Shown piece after piece: positions 8,489-16,640 of a stretch of DNA of 39,147 nt (position 1 is the stretch's first letter; the number at the start of each line of letters is the position of its first letter). The notes under the pieces were generated by a model, which was not told the DNA's origin, did not search any database, and saw nothing but the letters and a program-made list of their open reading frames with translations. The stretch is from contig WLNS01000001.1 of the NCBI GenBank assembly GCA_009699665.1, positions 1-39,147 of the forward strand, read 5' to 3'. The stretch is from Actinomycetota bacterium. Lineage in GTDB: Bacteria; Actinomycetota; Actinomycetes; Actinomycetales; Microbacteriaceae. The translations under genes and the position numbers were made by a program.

Positions 8489-9436
8489 ATGAAGTTCCGC
8501 AGTGACCCGCGTCAAATCAAGGGCAGTCTTGCCCCCCTCATGACGCCCTTTACCCCCGACGGCGCTGTTGACCACGACTCGCTGGCCAACATGGTGCAGT
8601 GGCAGCTGGCCAACGGCACCAACGGCATCTCGCTCGGTGGTTCCACCGGCGAACCCAGCTCACAGTCGGTTGCCGAGCGCATCGCGGGCATGAAGACGGT
8701 GAACGACGCCATCGGCGATCGGGTGCCCTTCATGCCGGGAACGGGGTCGGCCAAGCTCGACGAGACCCTCGAGGTCACGGCGGCCGCCCAGGCAATGGGT
8801 GTCGATGCTGCGCTGATTATCACGCCCTACTACGCACGTCCCACACAAGAGGCGCTCTACCAGTGGTACGCGACCGTGGCTCGTGAGTTCCCGGACCTGC
8901 CGCTCGTTGCCTACAACGTGCCCATTCGCACCTCGGTCGAGCTGGCGCCCGAGACGTTTGCTCGTCTCTACCGTGACTTTGACAACATCGTGGGCATCAA
9001 GGAGACCACCAAAGACTTCGAGCACTTCTCGTACGTGTTCCACAAGTGCGGAAAAGACTTGCTCATGTGGTCGGGCATCGAACTGCTCTGCCTGCCCCTG
9101 CTCGCCCTCGGCGGCATTGGCTTCATCTCGGCACTGGCCAATATCGCCCCGCAGGCCGTGAGCGACATGTTCTGGGCCTACGAAGAAGGCAACCAGGAGC
9201 GCGCGCGCGCGATCCACTACGGCGTGCACCCGCTCGTCGACCTGCTGTTTGTCGAGACCAACCCCGCGCCGGGCAAGTACGTGCTCGAGCGCATGGGGCT
9301 CATCAAGTCGGGCTTTGTTCGCCCGCCGCTGATCACCCCCACGCCCGGTGGCATCGACAAGATCGAGTCGCTGCTGGCCGAGGGCGAAAAGTGGATCACC
9401 CCCGTCCTTCCCGAATTCGACATGAGGAGAAAATAA
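8489..9436 (+). CDS. Dihydrodipicolinate synthase (DapA/NAL) family class I aldolase, probably a pathway aldolase rather than DapA
   Basis: GSTGE motif, YNVP (catalytic Tyr context), and Schiff-base Lys context VGIKETT. It is embedded in the hpa cluster. Confidence 0.8.
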   Translation: MKFRSDPRQIKGSLAPLMTPFTPDGAVDHDSLANMVQWQLANGTNGISLGGSTGEPSSQSVAERIAGMKTVNDAIGDRVPFMPGTGSAKLDETLEVTAAAQAMGVDAALIITPYYARPTQEALYQWYATVAREFPDLPLVAYNVPIRTSVELAPETFARLYRDFDNIVGIKETTKDFEHFSYVFHKCGKDLLMWSGIELLCLPLLALGGIGFISALANIAPQAVSDMFWAYEEGNQERARAIHYGVHPLVDLLFVETNPAPGKYVLERMGLIKSGFVRPPLITPTPGGIDKIESLLAEGEKWITPVLPEFDMRRK

Positions 9437-9438
9437 CC

Positions 9439-10956
9439 ATGGCTAACGATTACGCACCCAAAGACCTTCCCGAGCACCTGCGCCTGTATATCGGCGGCAA
9501 GTGGGTTGACGCCACCGGCGGAGCCACGTTCGACGTGCTCGAGCCCGTCTCCAACGAGACCTACATCACGGCCGCTTCGGCTTCGGCCGAAGACGTCAAC
9601 CGTGCGGTGGCCGCAGCCAAGAAGGCCTTCGATGAGGGCCCCTGGCCGCGCATGCTGCCGCGCGAACGTTCGCGCATCATGCACAAGATTGCCGACATTG
9701 TGGAGTCGCGCGATGAGCGTCTCGCCGAGATCGAATCATACGACTCGGGTCTGCCCATTACCCAGGCACTCGGACAGGCGCGACGAGCTGCCGAAAACTT
9801 CAGGTTCTTTGGTGACCTCATCGTGTCGCAACACGACAACGCGTTCAAGGTGCCCGGGCGCCAGATGAACTACGTCAACCGCAAGCCCATCGGGGTGGCC
9901 GGCCTGATCACGCCGTGGAACGTGCCCTTCATGCAGGAGTCGTGGAAGCTCGGCCCCGCGATGGCCACCGGAAACACGGTCGTGCTCAAGCCCGCCAGCT
10001 ACACCCCGCTCTCCGCCGCCCTCTGGCCCGAGATCTTCGAAGAGGCCGGCGTTCCCGCGGGCGTCTTCAACCTGATCTTTGGTTCGGGTGGCGTTGCCGG
10101 CGATGCGCTGGTGAAGCACCCCGACGTGCCGCTCATTTCGTTCACGGGCGACAGCTCGACGGGCGCCACGCTGAGCACCAACGCGGCTCCTTTCCTGAAG
10201 AGCCTCTCGCTGGAACTCGGCGGCAAGAGCCCGGCCATCGTGTTCGCCGACGCCGACCTCGAGGCAGCCCTCGACGCCACCGTATTCGGTGTTTTTAGCC
10301 TCAACGGCGAGCGCTGCACGGCCGGCAGTCGCGTGCTTGTTCAGCGCGAGATCTATGACGACTTCATCGTGAAGTTTGCCGAGCGTGCGAAGAACATCGT
10401 GGTGGGCCTGCCCACCGATCCGAAGAGTGAGGTCAGTGCGCTCGTGCACCCCAACCACTTCGACAAGGTGATGAGCTACGTCGAAATTGGCAAGAGCGAG
10501 GGTCGTTTGCTCGCTGGCGGCGGTCGTGCCGAGGGTTTTCCCACGGGAAACTTCATTGCCCCGACGGTGTTTGTCGACGTGAAGCCGGATGCCCGCATCT
10601 TTCAAGAGGAAATCTTTGGGCCGGTTGTTGCCATCACGCCCTTCGACACCGATGAAGAAGCCCTTCGGTTGGCCAACGACACCCGCTACGGCCTCGCGGC
10701 ATACGTGTGGACCTCAAACCTCAAGCGTGCGCACAACTTTGCTCAGGCCATCGAGTCGGGCATGGTCTGGCTTAACTCCAACAACATCCGCGACCTGCGC
10801 ACCCCCTTTGGTGGCGTGAAGGCCTCGGGTCTCGGTCGTGAGGGCGGCTACCGCTCTGTTGATTTCTACACGACCCAGCAGTCGGTGCAGATCACGCTCG
10901 AAGAATCGCACTCGCCCCGCTTTGGCGTGGGTGGAACCGCCCCGAGCTCGCACTAA
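9439..10956 (+). CDS. hpaE: 5-carboxymethyl-2-hydroxymuconate semialdehyde dehydrogenase
   Basis: Collinear by recall with E. coli HpaE (TPWNVPFM, ELGGKSP, NGERCTAGSR, RDLRTPFGGVKASGLGREGG). The true start is ATG 9439 (MANDYAPK). The 9046 ORF-track start is an out-of-gene extension across the upstream CDS. Confidence 0.85.
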   Translation: MANDYAPKDLPEHLRLYIGGKWVDATGGATFDVLEPVSNETYITAASASAEDVNRAVAAAKKAFDEGPWPRMLPRERSRIMHKIADIVESRDERLAEIESYDSGLPITQALGQARRAAENFRFFGDLIVSQHDNAFKVPGRQMNYVNRKPIGVAGLITPWNVPFMQESWKLGPAMATGNTVVLKPASYTPLSAALWPEIFEEAGVPAGVFNLIFGSGGVAGDALVKHPDVPLISFTGDSSTGATLSTNAAPFLKSLSLELGGKSPAIVFADADLEAALDATVFGVFSLNGERCTAGSRVLVQREIYDDFIVKFAERAKNIVVGLPTDPKSEVSALVHPNHFDKVMSYVEIGKSEGRLLAGGGRAEGFPTGNFIAPTVFVDVKPDARIFQEEIFGPVVAITPFDTDEEALRLANDTRYGLAAYVWTSNLKRAHNFAQAIESGMVWLNSNNIRDLRTPFGGVKASGLGREGGYRSVDFYTTQQSVQITLEESHSPRFGVGGTAPSSH

Positions 10957-10980
10957 GTATCGAACCCGAGAGGATCAATC

Positions 10981-12138
10981 ATGTCTGAACTCAATGGACG
11001 CACCAAGACGTCGAGTGGCTTTTATGTCACCACGGAAGCGCCGATCAAGTCGGATAACCCGGTGCCTACGCCGAAGGCCAGCCCGCCCGACATTCTGCGC
11101 TGCGCCTACATGGAACTCATCGTCACCGATCTGGCCAAGTCGCGCCACTTCTATGTCGACGTGCTGGGCCTCACGGTTACCGAAGAAGACGACTCGGCGA
11201 TCTACCTGCGCAGCCTCGAGGAGTTCATTCACCACAACCTCGTGCTGCGCAAGGGCCCGATCGCGGGCGTGGCCGCCTTCTCGTATCGCGTTCGCTCCCC
11301 CGAAGATCTCGACCACGCTGTCGCGTTCTATACCGAACTTGGTTGCCGTGTAGAACGTCGCAAAGACGGGTTCTGCAAGGGCATCGGCGACTCGGTGCGC
11401 GTCGAGGATCCCCTGGGCTTCCCCTACGAATTCTTCTATGAGACCGAGCACGTCGAGCGACTCGCCTGGCGCTACGACCTCTACTCGCCGGGCGCGCTCA
11501 TGCGCCTCGACCACTTCAACCAGGTCACCCCCGATGTTCCGCGCGCTGTGAAGTTCATGCAGGATCTGGGCTTCCGCGTGACCGAAGACATCCAGGATGA
11601 CGAAGGCACGGTTTACGCTGCCTGGATTCGCCGCAAGTCCACCGTGCACGACACGGCGCTGACCGGAGGGGACGGCCCGCGCATGCACCATGTGGCTTTC
11701 GCGACTCACGAGAAGCACAACATTCTGTCGATCTGCGACAAGCTCGGCTCTCTGCGCATGTCGGATCACATCGAGCGCGGACCGGGACGCCACGGTGTGT
11801 CTAATGCGTTCTATCTCTATCTGCGCGACCCCGACGGTCACCGGGTCGAGATCTACACGCAGGACTACTACACGGGCGACCCCGATAACCCAGTCATCAC
11901 CTGGGATGTGCACGACAACCAGCGTCGCGACTGGTGGGGCACTCCCGTTGTGCCCAGCTGGTACACCGAAGCTTCAGTCGTCATGGACCTCGACGGCAAC
12001 CCGCAGCCCGTCGTTGCGCGCACCGACGCCTCAGAGATGGCTGTCACCATTGGAGCCGACGGCTTCTCATACACCCGAGAGGGTGACGAGATGCCCGACT
12101 ACAAGTTGGGCGAATACAAGCTCGGCAACCAGCTCTAG
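10981..12138 (+). CDS. hpaD: 3,4-dihydroxyphenylacetate (homoprotocatechuate) 2,3-dioxygenase, type I extradiol
   Basis: Very close by recall to Brevibacterium HPCD / Arthrobacter MndD (DILRCAYMEL.VTDLAKSR.FYVDVLGL, RLDHFNQVTPDVPR, MHHVAFATHEKHNI, IERGPGRHGVSNAFYLY, IYTQDYYTGDPDNP). GAGGA RBS. Confidence 0.9.
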   Translation: MSELNGRTKTSSGFYVTTEAPIKSDNPVPTPKASPPDILRCAYMELIVTDLAKSRHFYVDVLGLTVTEEDDSAIYLRSLEEFIHHNLVLRKGPIAGVAAFSYRVRSPEDLDHAVAFYTELGCRVERRKDGFCKGIGDSVRVEDPLGFPYEFFYETEHVERLAWRYDLYSPGALMRLDHFNQVTPDVPRAVKFMQDLGFRVTEDIQDDEGTVYAAWIRRKSTVHDTALTGGDGPRMHHVAFATHEKHNILSICDKLGSLRMSDHIERGPGRHGVSNAFYLYLRDPDGHRVEIYTQDYYTGDPDNPVITWDVHDNQRRDWWGTPVVPSWYTEASVVMDLDGNPQPVVARTDASEMAVTIGADGFSYTREGDEMPDYKLGEYKLGNQL

Positions 12139-12164
12139 AAAATCGTTTGACGGGATCTCGACGA

Positions 12165-13175
12165 TCAGGCGCGCGAACGTCGGCGCAGCACGATCATCGC
12201 ACAGCCCGCACCGATGAGAAACGTTCCCGAGCTGAGTGCCGGCCACGGGTCGAATCCGGTGTTGGCCAACATGATGCGATCGATGTAGTCGTTTGTGCCG
12301 TTGCCATTCGAGTCCTCGAGCACGTCGGCAACGCTGTCGCCATTCGCGTCCTCGAAGGGGTCGGCAATACCGTCGCCGTCGGCATCCTCTGTCGTGTCAT
12401 CCTCGCCGTTGCCATCTGCGTCCGGAGGGGTTTCATCGCCGATCGCGATGGTCGTCAGTGGATCGACGGTGACGGTCGAGTCGCTCAGCGAGAAGTTGTC
12501 GAATTCAAAGCCATATCGGGGCTGGGTGATCGTGAAACTATCGAAGGTGAGGCCGCCCACTCCCACCAGATGCAGGTAGGCGAAAGGTTCGCCCACCCAT
12601 TGGTTGCGGGCCGGATTAATGAGGTAGTCGTTGGCCGACCAGGCGCCCATGTCGTCGTTGTAGAGCATGGCCATCAGGTCTTGCGTGGTGAACGTTGCAA
12701 CAACCGTGGCACCGCTGTATAGCGTGAGCCGATTTGCCGCATCACCGGCCGACCACTGAAAACCTAAATACGATGCTGCATGATTTAGGGTGACCGTGAC
12801 ACTCGCCCCGTTAAACGCGGCGGCGTACTTCGTCTGTGGCAGTCCTCCCCCTCGCGTCGGCACCCCCGAGGTGGTGGAAGCCCCGCCGTAGATGTTTCCA
12901 TTGACCGATGAGCATGTGCCCGTCATGGTGCCGGGGTTGCTTCCTGTTGACCACCACGTTGCGGGACAGTTCGAGTCGAACGTTTCTAACTGAACGCCTG
13001 TCACGCTCGGGCCCTGCACGAAGGGCTCTGAAACGTAGGCGTTGAGCGCAGGTGCTGCCGTCGCGGGCGCCACTCCAGACGCAAGAAAAAAGCCGAGCGC
13101 GACGACACCCGCAACTGTCAGGCTCGCGACACGAAAGTAGCCACGGAGTCTGTTGCCGAGGGATGAAACAGGCAC
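12165..13175 (-). CDS. Sortase-anchored (LAxTG) secreted surface protein with thrombospondin-type-3-like acidic Ca-binding repeats
   Basis: Signal peptide (..ASGVAPATA/AP), then an unknown domain of about 220 aa. D-x-D-x-D repeats follow (DADGNGEDD, DADGDGIADPFEDANGDSVADVLEDSNGNGTNDYID). The C-terminal sorting signal is LANTG plus a hydrophobic stretch plus RRRSRA. GGGGAG RBS before the GTG start. Confidence 0.75.
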   Translation of the reverse strand: MPVSSLGNRLRGYFRVASLTVAGVVALGFFLASGVAPATAAPALNAYVSEPFVQGPSVTGVQLETFDSNCPATWWSTGSNPGTMTGTCSSVNGNIYGGASTTSGVPTRGGGLPQTKYAAAFNGASVTVTLNHAASYLGFQWSAGDAANRLTLYSGATVVATFTTQDLMAMLYNDDMGAWSANDYLINPARNQWVGEPFAYLHLVGVGGLTFDSFTITQPRYGFEFDNFSLSDSTVTVDPLTTIAIGDETPPDADGNGEDDTTEDADGDGIADPFEDANGDSVADVLEDSNGNGTNDYIDRIMLANTGFDPWPALSSGTFLIGAGCAMIVLRRRSRA

Positions 13176-13270
13176 TCGATCTCCCCTCAGCCAGATGACG
13201 TCGCCGATGTTGAGGCGTCAATGTTTAAGCACCGATGTTAGCAGGCATGATCCGCATGTCGGCCAGGTGC

Positions 13271-13858
13271 TCAGCGATTAAGCCTCTTCGCTGAGAGTTT
13301 GCGAATTCCGAGAGTGAACGCCCCGATCGAGAAACTCAACAGAGCAAAAATGACGTTGACCGGATACGGTGTCAAGATCAGCCACAGAGCGACCACAACG
13401 AACACGACTATCCACGGGCCACGAAAACTTCGTGGTGTGCCGACCCGAGGGGTCATCTGCACGTACTCGGCATCGTCGATATAGCCGTCGAACACCCAGT
13501 CGTGAGGAATCTTGATGCGCACGTTGCTCATCAGACCTTCGTCGGTGGTCTTGCACCACAGCGTGCCCTGCACGAGCGCCACAGCGCCGGCGGCCTCAAC
13601 CCGAGCAAGTTCGGGGCCGAAATGGGCGGCATCTGCAGCCGAGAGGTAGCCCACCACCTCTTCTTGAATGATCACCGCGATAGCCAGCGGGTCGACGGGG
13701 TTTGTGGGTTCACGTTTGAGCATTACCGGCACGGGTTGAATCACCGCCATGTTGAGCGGTGGCGTGCCCACGATGCGCTGCATCGCCGCCCGATAAAAGC
13801 GCTCGCCCACGACCTCGATCTGCTGCGCGTTCTCAGTCGAAATCGGATGCACCCTCAT
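13271..13858 (-). CDS. HIRAN domain-containing membrane protein
   Basis: The N-terminal 100 aa match the HIRAN pattern (VVGERFY......LKREPTNPVDPLAIAV....EVVGYLSAADA). The C-terminus has two hydrophobic helices (WIVVFVVVALWLIL, VNVIFALLSFSIGAFTLGI) and a basic tail. Confidence 0.7.
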   Translation of the reverse strand: MRVHPISTENAQQIEVVGERFYRAAMQRIVGTPPLNMAVIQPVPVMLKREPTNPVDPLAIAVIIQEEVVGYLSAADAAHFGPELARVEAAGAVALVQGTLWCKTTDEGLMSNVRIKIPHDWVFDGYIDDAEYVQMTPRVGTPRSFRGPWIVVFVVVALWLILTPYPVNVIFALLSFSIGAFTLGIRKLSAKRLNR

Positions 13859-13922
13859 GTTGTCCGCCCCTTCGTCACTACTGAGTTCAGCACGAACGAC
13901 CGACGGCGAAGCTGAGCGCGGT

Positions 13923-14927
13923 CTAGGCCACCGAGGTGTCGAGCTGAGAACGCCGATAGTCGCGCGGGCTCATGCCGTATGCGTTTCGGAAGATGCGCGA
14001 GAAGTGAGCGCCGTCGTAGATGGCCCACTGCGCCGCGATCTGCCCCACGGTGAGATGTGCGTCGGCCGGGTCGGCCAGTTGTCGGCGACACTGTTCCAAC
14101 CGGCGTTCACGAATGAATTGGGACACGGTGATTCTCTCGGCATGAAAAATCTTGTGCAGCTGACGGGTCGAAATAAAGTTTGCCTGCGCGATGTAATCCG
14201 GGCTGAGATGTGGGTCGCCGAGGTTGTCTGCGACATAGTCACAGATACGAACGAACGCATTAGCCCGGGGATTCGCGGTTGCAACCTGCTCGTCCGTGAG
14301 TTTTTCGGCGAACGCTGACGACACGAGATCAATGAGGGCGTGAGCCACGCGAACGCCCGACCAGCCCGAGAGGTCGGCCAGGTTATTGGCCGTTTCGAGC
14401 AGAAACGGCGAGACGACCACACCAACACCCTCGGACGCACCAAAGCGGGTAGCGGTCACGTGTCGCAGGGTGTGCGACGGCAGCTGCATCATGGTGTGCG
14501 GAAAACGCACGATGAGACAGCGGTGATTGTCAAAAAACTCTCGGGCGAACTCGCGTGTCGAGTCGTACAGAGCGAAGTCCCCCGGATTCAGAACGGACGT
14601 CTGACCATCCTGCGAGATGGTGCTCGATCCCTCGATCTGCAGCGTGATGCCATACACGCGCATGTCGTCCGACATGAGATTCAGCGAGGTGCGTTTCGCG
14701 ACGTGCGCATCGGAGCGAATATCAAAAAAATGGATTCCGCCCAAGTTGCGAGATTTCAACGACGCGCGAAACGTTGAACGCTGTGCGCAGGCAATCTGCA
14801 TGGGAATATCGTTCTCGGCCAACACGCGGCACCACGACTCAAAGTCATACTCGTGAGAAACGACGGCTTCCGTGTCAGACACTTGTGTCACCACTCTTTT
14901 CTGCGCAAAAAAAGGGGGCCGAGTCAC
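13923..14927 (-). CDS. AraC family transcriptional regulator
   Basis: C-terminal double HTH (LSPDYIAQANFISTRQLHKIFHAE...TVGQIAAQWAIYDGAHFSRIFRNAYGMSPRDYR) plus an N-terminal ligand-binding-like domain. Confidence 0.9.
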   Translation of the reverse strand: MTRPPFFAQKRVVTQVSDTEAVVSHEYDFESWCRVLAENDIPMQIACAQRSTFRASLKSRNLGGIHFFDIRSDAHVAKRTSLNLMSDDMRVYGITLQIEGSSTISQDGQTSVLNPGDFALYDSTREFAREFFDNHRCLIVRFPHTMMQLPSHTLRHVTATRFGASEGVGVVVSPFLLETANNLADLSGWSGVRVAHALIDLVSSAFAEKLTDEQVATANPRANAFVRICDYVADNLGDPHLSPDYIAQANFISTRQLHKIFHAERITVSQFIRERRLEQCRRQLADPADAHLTVGQIAAQWAIYDGAHFSRIFRNAYGMSPRDYRRSQLDTSVA

Positions 14928-14949
14928 GTGTGACCCGGCCCCGATAACT

Positions 14950-16407
14950 TTAGAAGGGGTAAGGCGCGATGTCGGGGCGCACCGTCAGCCACTGCTGCTC
15001 GGTAAATGCCTCGATGTTGGCCTCGGCGCCACCAAACCGCGAACCCGTGCCCGAGGCACCCACGCCACCAAAGGGAATGTTGGCCTCATCGGCCACCGTC
15101 TGCTCGTTGATGTGCAGGATTCCCGTGTTGAGCTGGTCGGCAATCTTCATCGCTTCACCAACGTCACCCAGGATTCCGACTGACAGACCGTACTCTGAAT
15201 TGTTGGCGAGGGCGACAGCTTCGTCCATCGTCGAGAACTTGATGATGGGCGCCACCGGTCCAAAGATTTCATCCTTCCAGGCGCTCATCTCGGGCTTCAG
15301 GTCGGCCAGCACTGTGGGCTTAAAGAAATTGCCCTCGTGCGTTCCGCCGGCCGCGAGTTTTCCGCCCTGCTTGACGGTCTCATCGACAATGCTCTGAACC
15401 TTGGCTGTTTGATTGGCGTCAATGATGGGGCCCAGTGCAACCTGATCGGTCGCCGGGTTGCCCACGGGAAGGTGATTCGCCTTTTCGACCAGCGCAGCCA
15501 CGTACTCGTCGTAGACCGACTCGTGAACGATGTGCCGACCCGTCGTCATGCAGATCTGGCCCTGGTGCATCCACGAACCGAAGGCACCCGCAGAAGCGGC
15601 CTTGGCTACGTCGACACCGGGCAGAATGATGAGAGCGTTGTTTCCGCCGAGCTCGAGGTGTGTGCGCTTGAGGTGCTGCGCGCCCAGCTCGCCAACCTTA
15701 CGACCGGCAGCCGTCGAGCCCGTGAACGACACAACGCGCACGTCGGGCGCCGAGACAACAGCCTCGCCCACGTCGGCTCCGCCGTTGACCATCTGGAAAA
15801 CGCCCGCGGGAAGGCCGGCCTCTTCGAAGATGCGCACGATGGCCGCACCTGCGCCCACCGCCGTGCGGGGGTCTGGTTTGAAGACAACGGCGTTACCCAA
15901 GGCAATGGCCGGAGCAATCGAACGAATCGACAGAATCAGCGGAAAGTTGAACGGCGCAATCACCGTGACAACTCCGGCCGGACGGCGACGCATAAAGCTC
16001 CAGTGCGGGTCGTTCGACGGAAGAACGCTACCCATCGGGTGGCTCGGAAGCGAACTGGCCTCAAAGCACTCGCCTTCGGCCACGTGAATTTCCAGCCCGG
16101 CCTTGGGGGGAATAGATCCGGCCTCTTTAACCAGCCAGTCGGTGATTTCGGCAGCGTAGGTGCCAAAGAGCTCGCCCGCCTTGCGCATGATTGCGGCGCG
16201 CTGCTCGGGGGGCGTGGCAGCCCAACCAACCTGAGCCTTGGCCGCCTCGGCGGCTGCTTTGTTGGCATCCGCAACGGAAGCCATGCCAATCGAGCCAAGT
16301 TTTTCGCCGGTTGCGGGCGAAACCACGTCGCGCGTACCGCCACCGCCGGCCACCCAGCCGTTGATGTAAATCTTGTCGGTCCAAATCTTCGGATCGAGCA
16401 GTGCCAT
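14950..16407 (-). CDS. NAD(P)-dependent aromatic aldehyde dehydrogenase (benzaldehyde dehydrogenase-like)
   Basis: ALDH motifs FTGSTAAG, ELGGNNA and the catalytic Cys context QGQICMTTGR. I prefer ATG at 16407 (MALLDPKIW) with GGAGGAG upstream. The ORF-track start at 16449 adds 14 aa without an RBS. Confidence 0.85.
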   Translation of the reverse strand: MALLDPKIWTDKIYINGWVAGGGGTRDVVSPATGEKLGSIGMASVADANKAAAEAAKAQVGWAATPPEQRAAIMRKAGELFGTYAAEITDWLVKEAGSIPPKAGLEIHVAEGECFEASSLPSHPMGSVLPSNDPHWSFMRRRPAGVVTVIAPFNFPLILSIRSIAPAIALGNAVVFKPDPRTAVGAGAAIVRIFEEAGLPAGVFQMVNGGADVGEAVVSAPDVRVVSFTGSTAAGRKVGELGAQHLKRTHLELGGNNALIILPGVDVAKAASAGAFGSWMHQGQICMTTGRHIVHESVYDEYVAALVEKANHLPVGNPATDQVALGPIIDANQTAKVQSIVDETVKQGGKLAAGGTHEGNFFKPTVLADLKPEMSAWKDEIFGPVAPIIKFSTMDEAVALANNSEYGLSVGILGDVGEAMKIADQLNTGILHINEQTVADEANIPFGGVGASGTGSRFGGAEANIEAFTEQQWLTVRPDIAPYPF

Positions 16408-16640
16408 GTCTCCTCCTCGAGACTCGCTAGAACATAGGCAACGCCTCACACGAATCGAGGCGATGTGAAATCAGTCTACGCCGGGTGAGAATCCCGTCAA
16501 TTGACGTTGAGCGCTGCGCCTTGCCTGCCGGTGCGACATCGTCTCGCGAACCGGCCGAACCGTGTTGCTGGCCACGCGACGACGGTAGCATCGAGACTGT
16601 TGTGGCGCTCTCGTGACGAGTGCCCCAGAGTAGGACAACC

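Noticed and set aside
9046-9438. N-terminal 131-aa extension of the hpaE ORF in the ORF track, and likewise 36745-36951 for the metallophosphoesterase, 30345-30638 for the T2SSF gene and 38228-38425 for the LPXTG gene.
   Set aside because: The hpaE, metallophosphoesterase and T2SSF extensions overlap the well-supported upstream CDS in another frame. The LPXTG extension lies in the non-coding spacer after tRNA-Pro. All of them translate to Arg/Pro-rich sequence. Internal starts with an RBS or stop-start coupling give proteins that begin where homologues begin.
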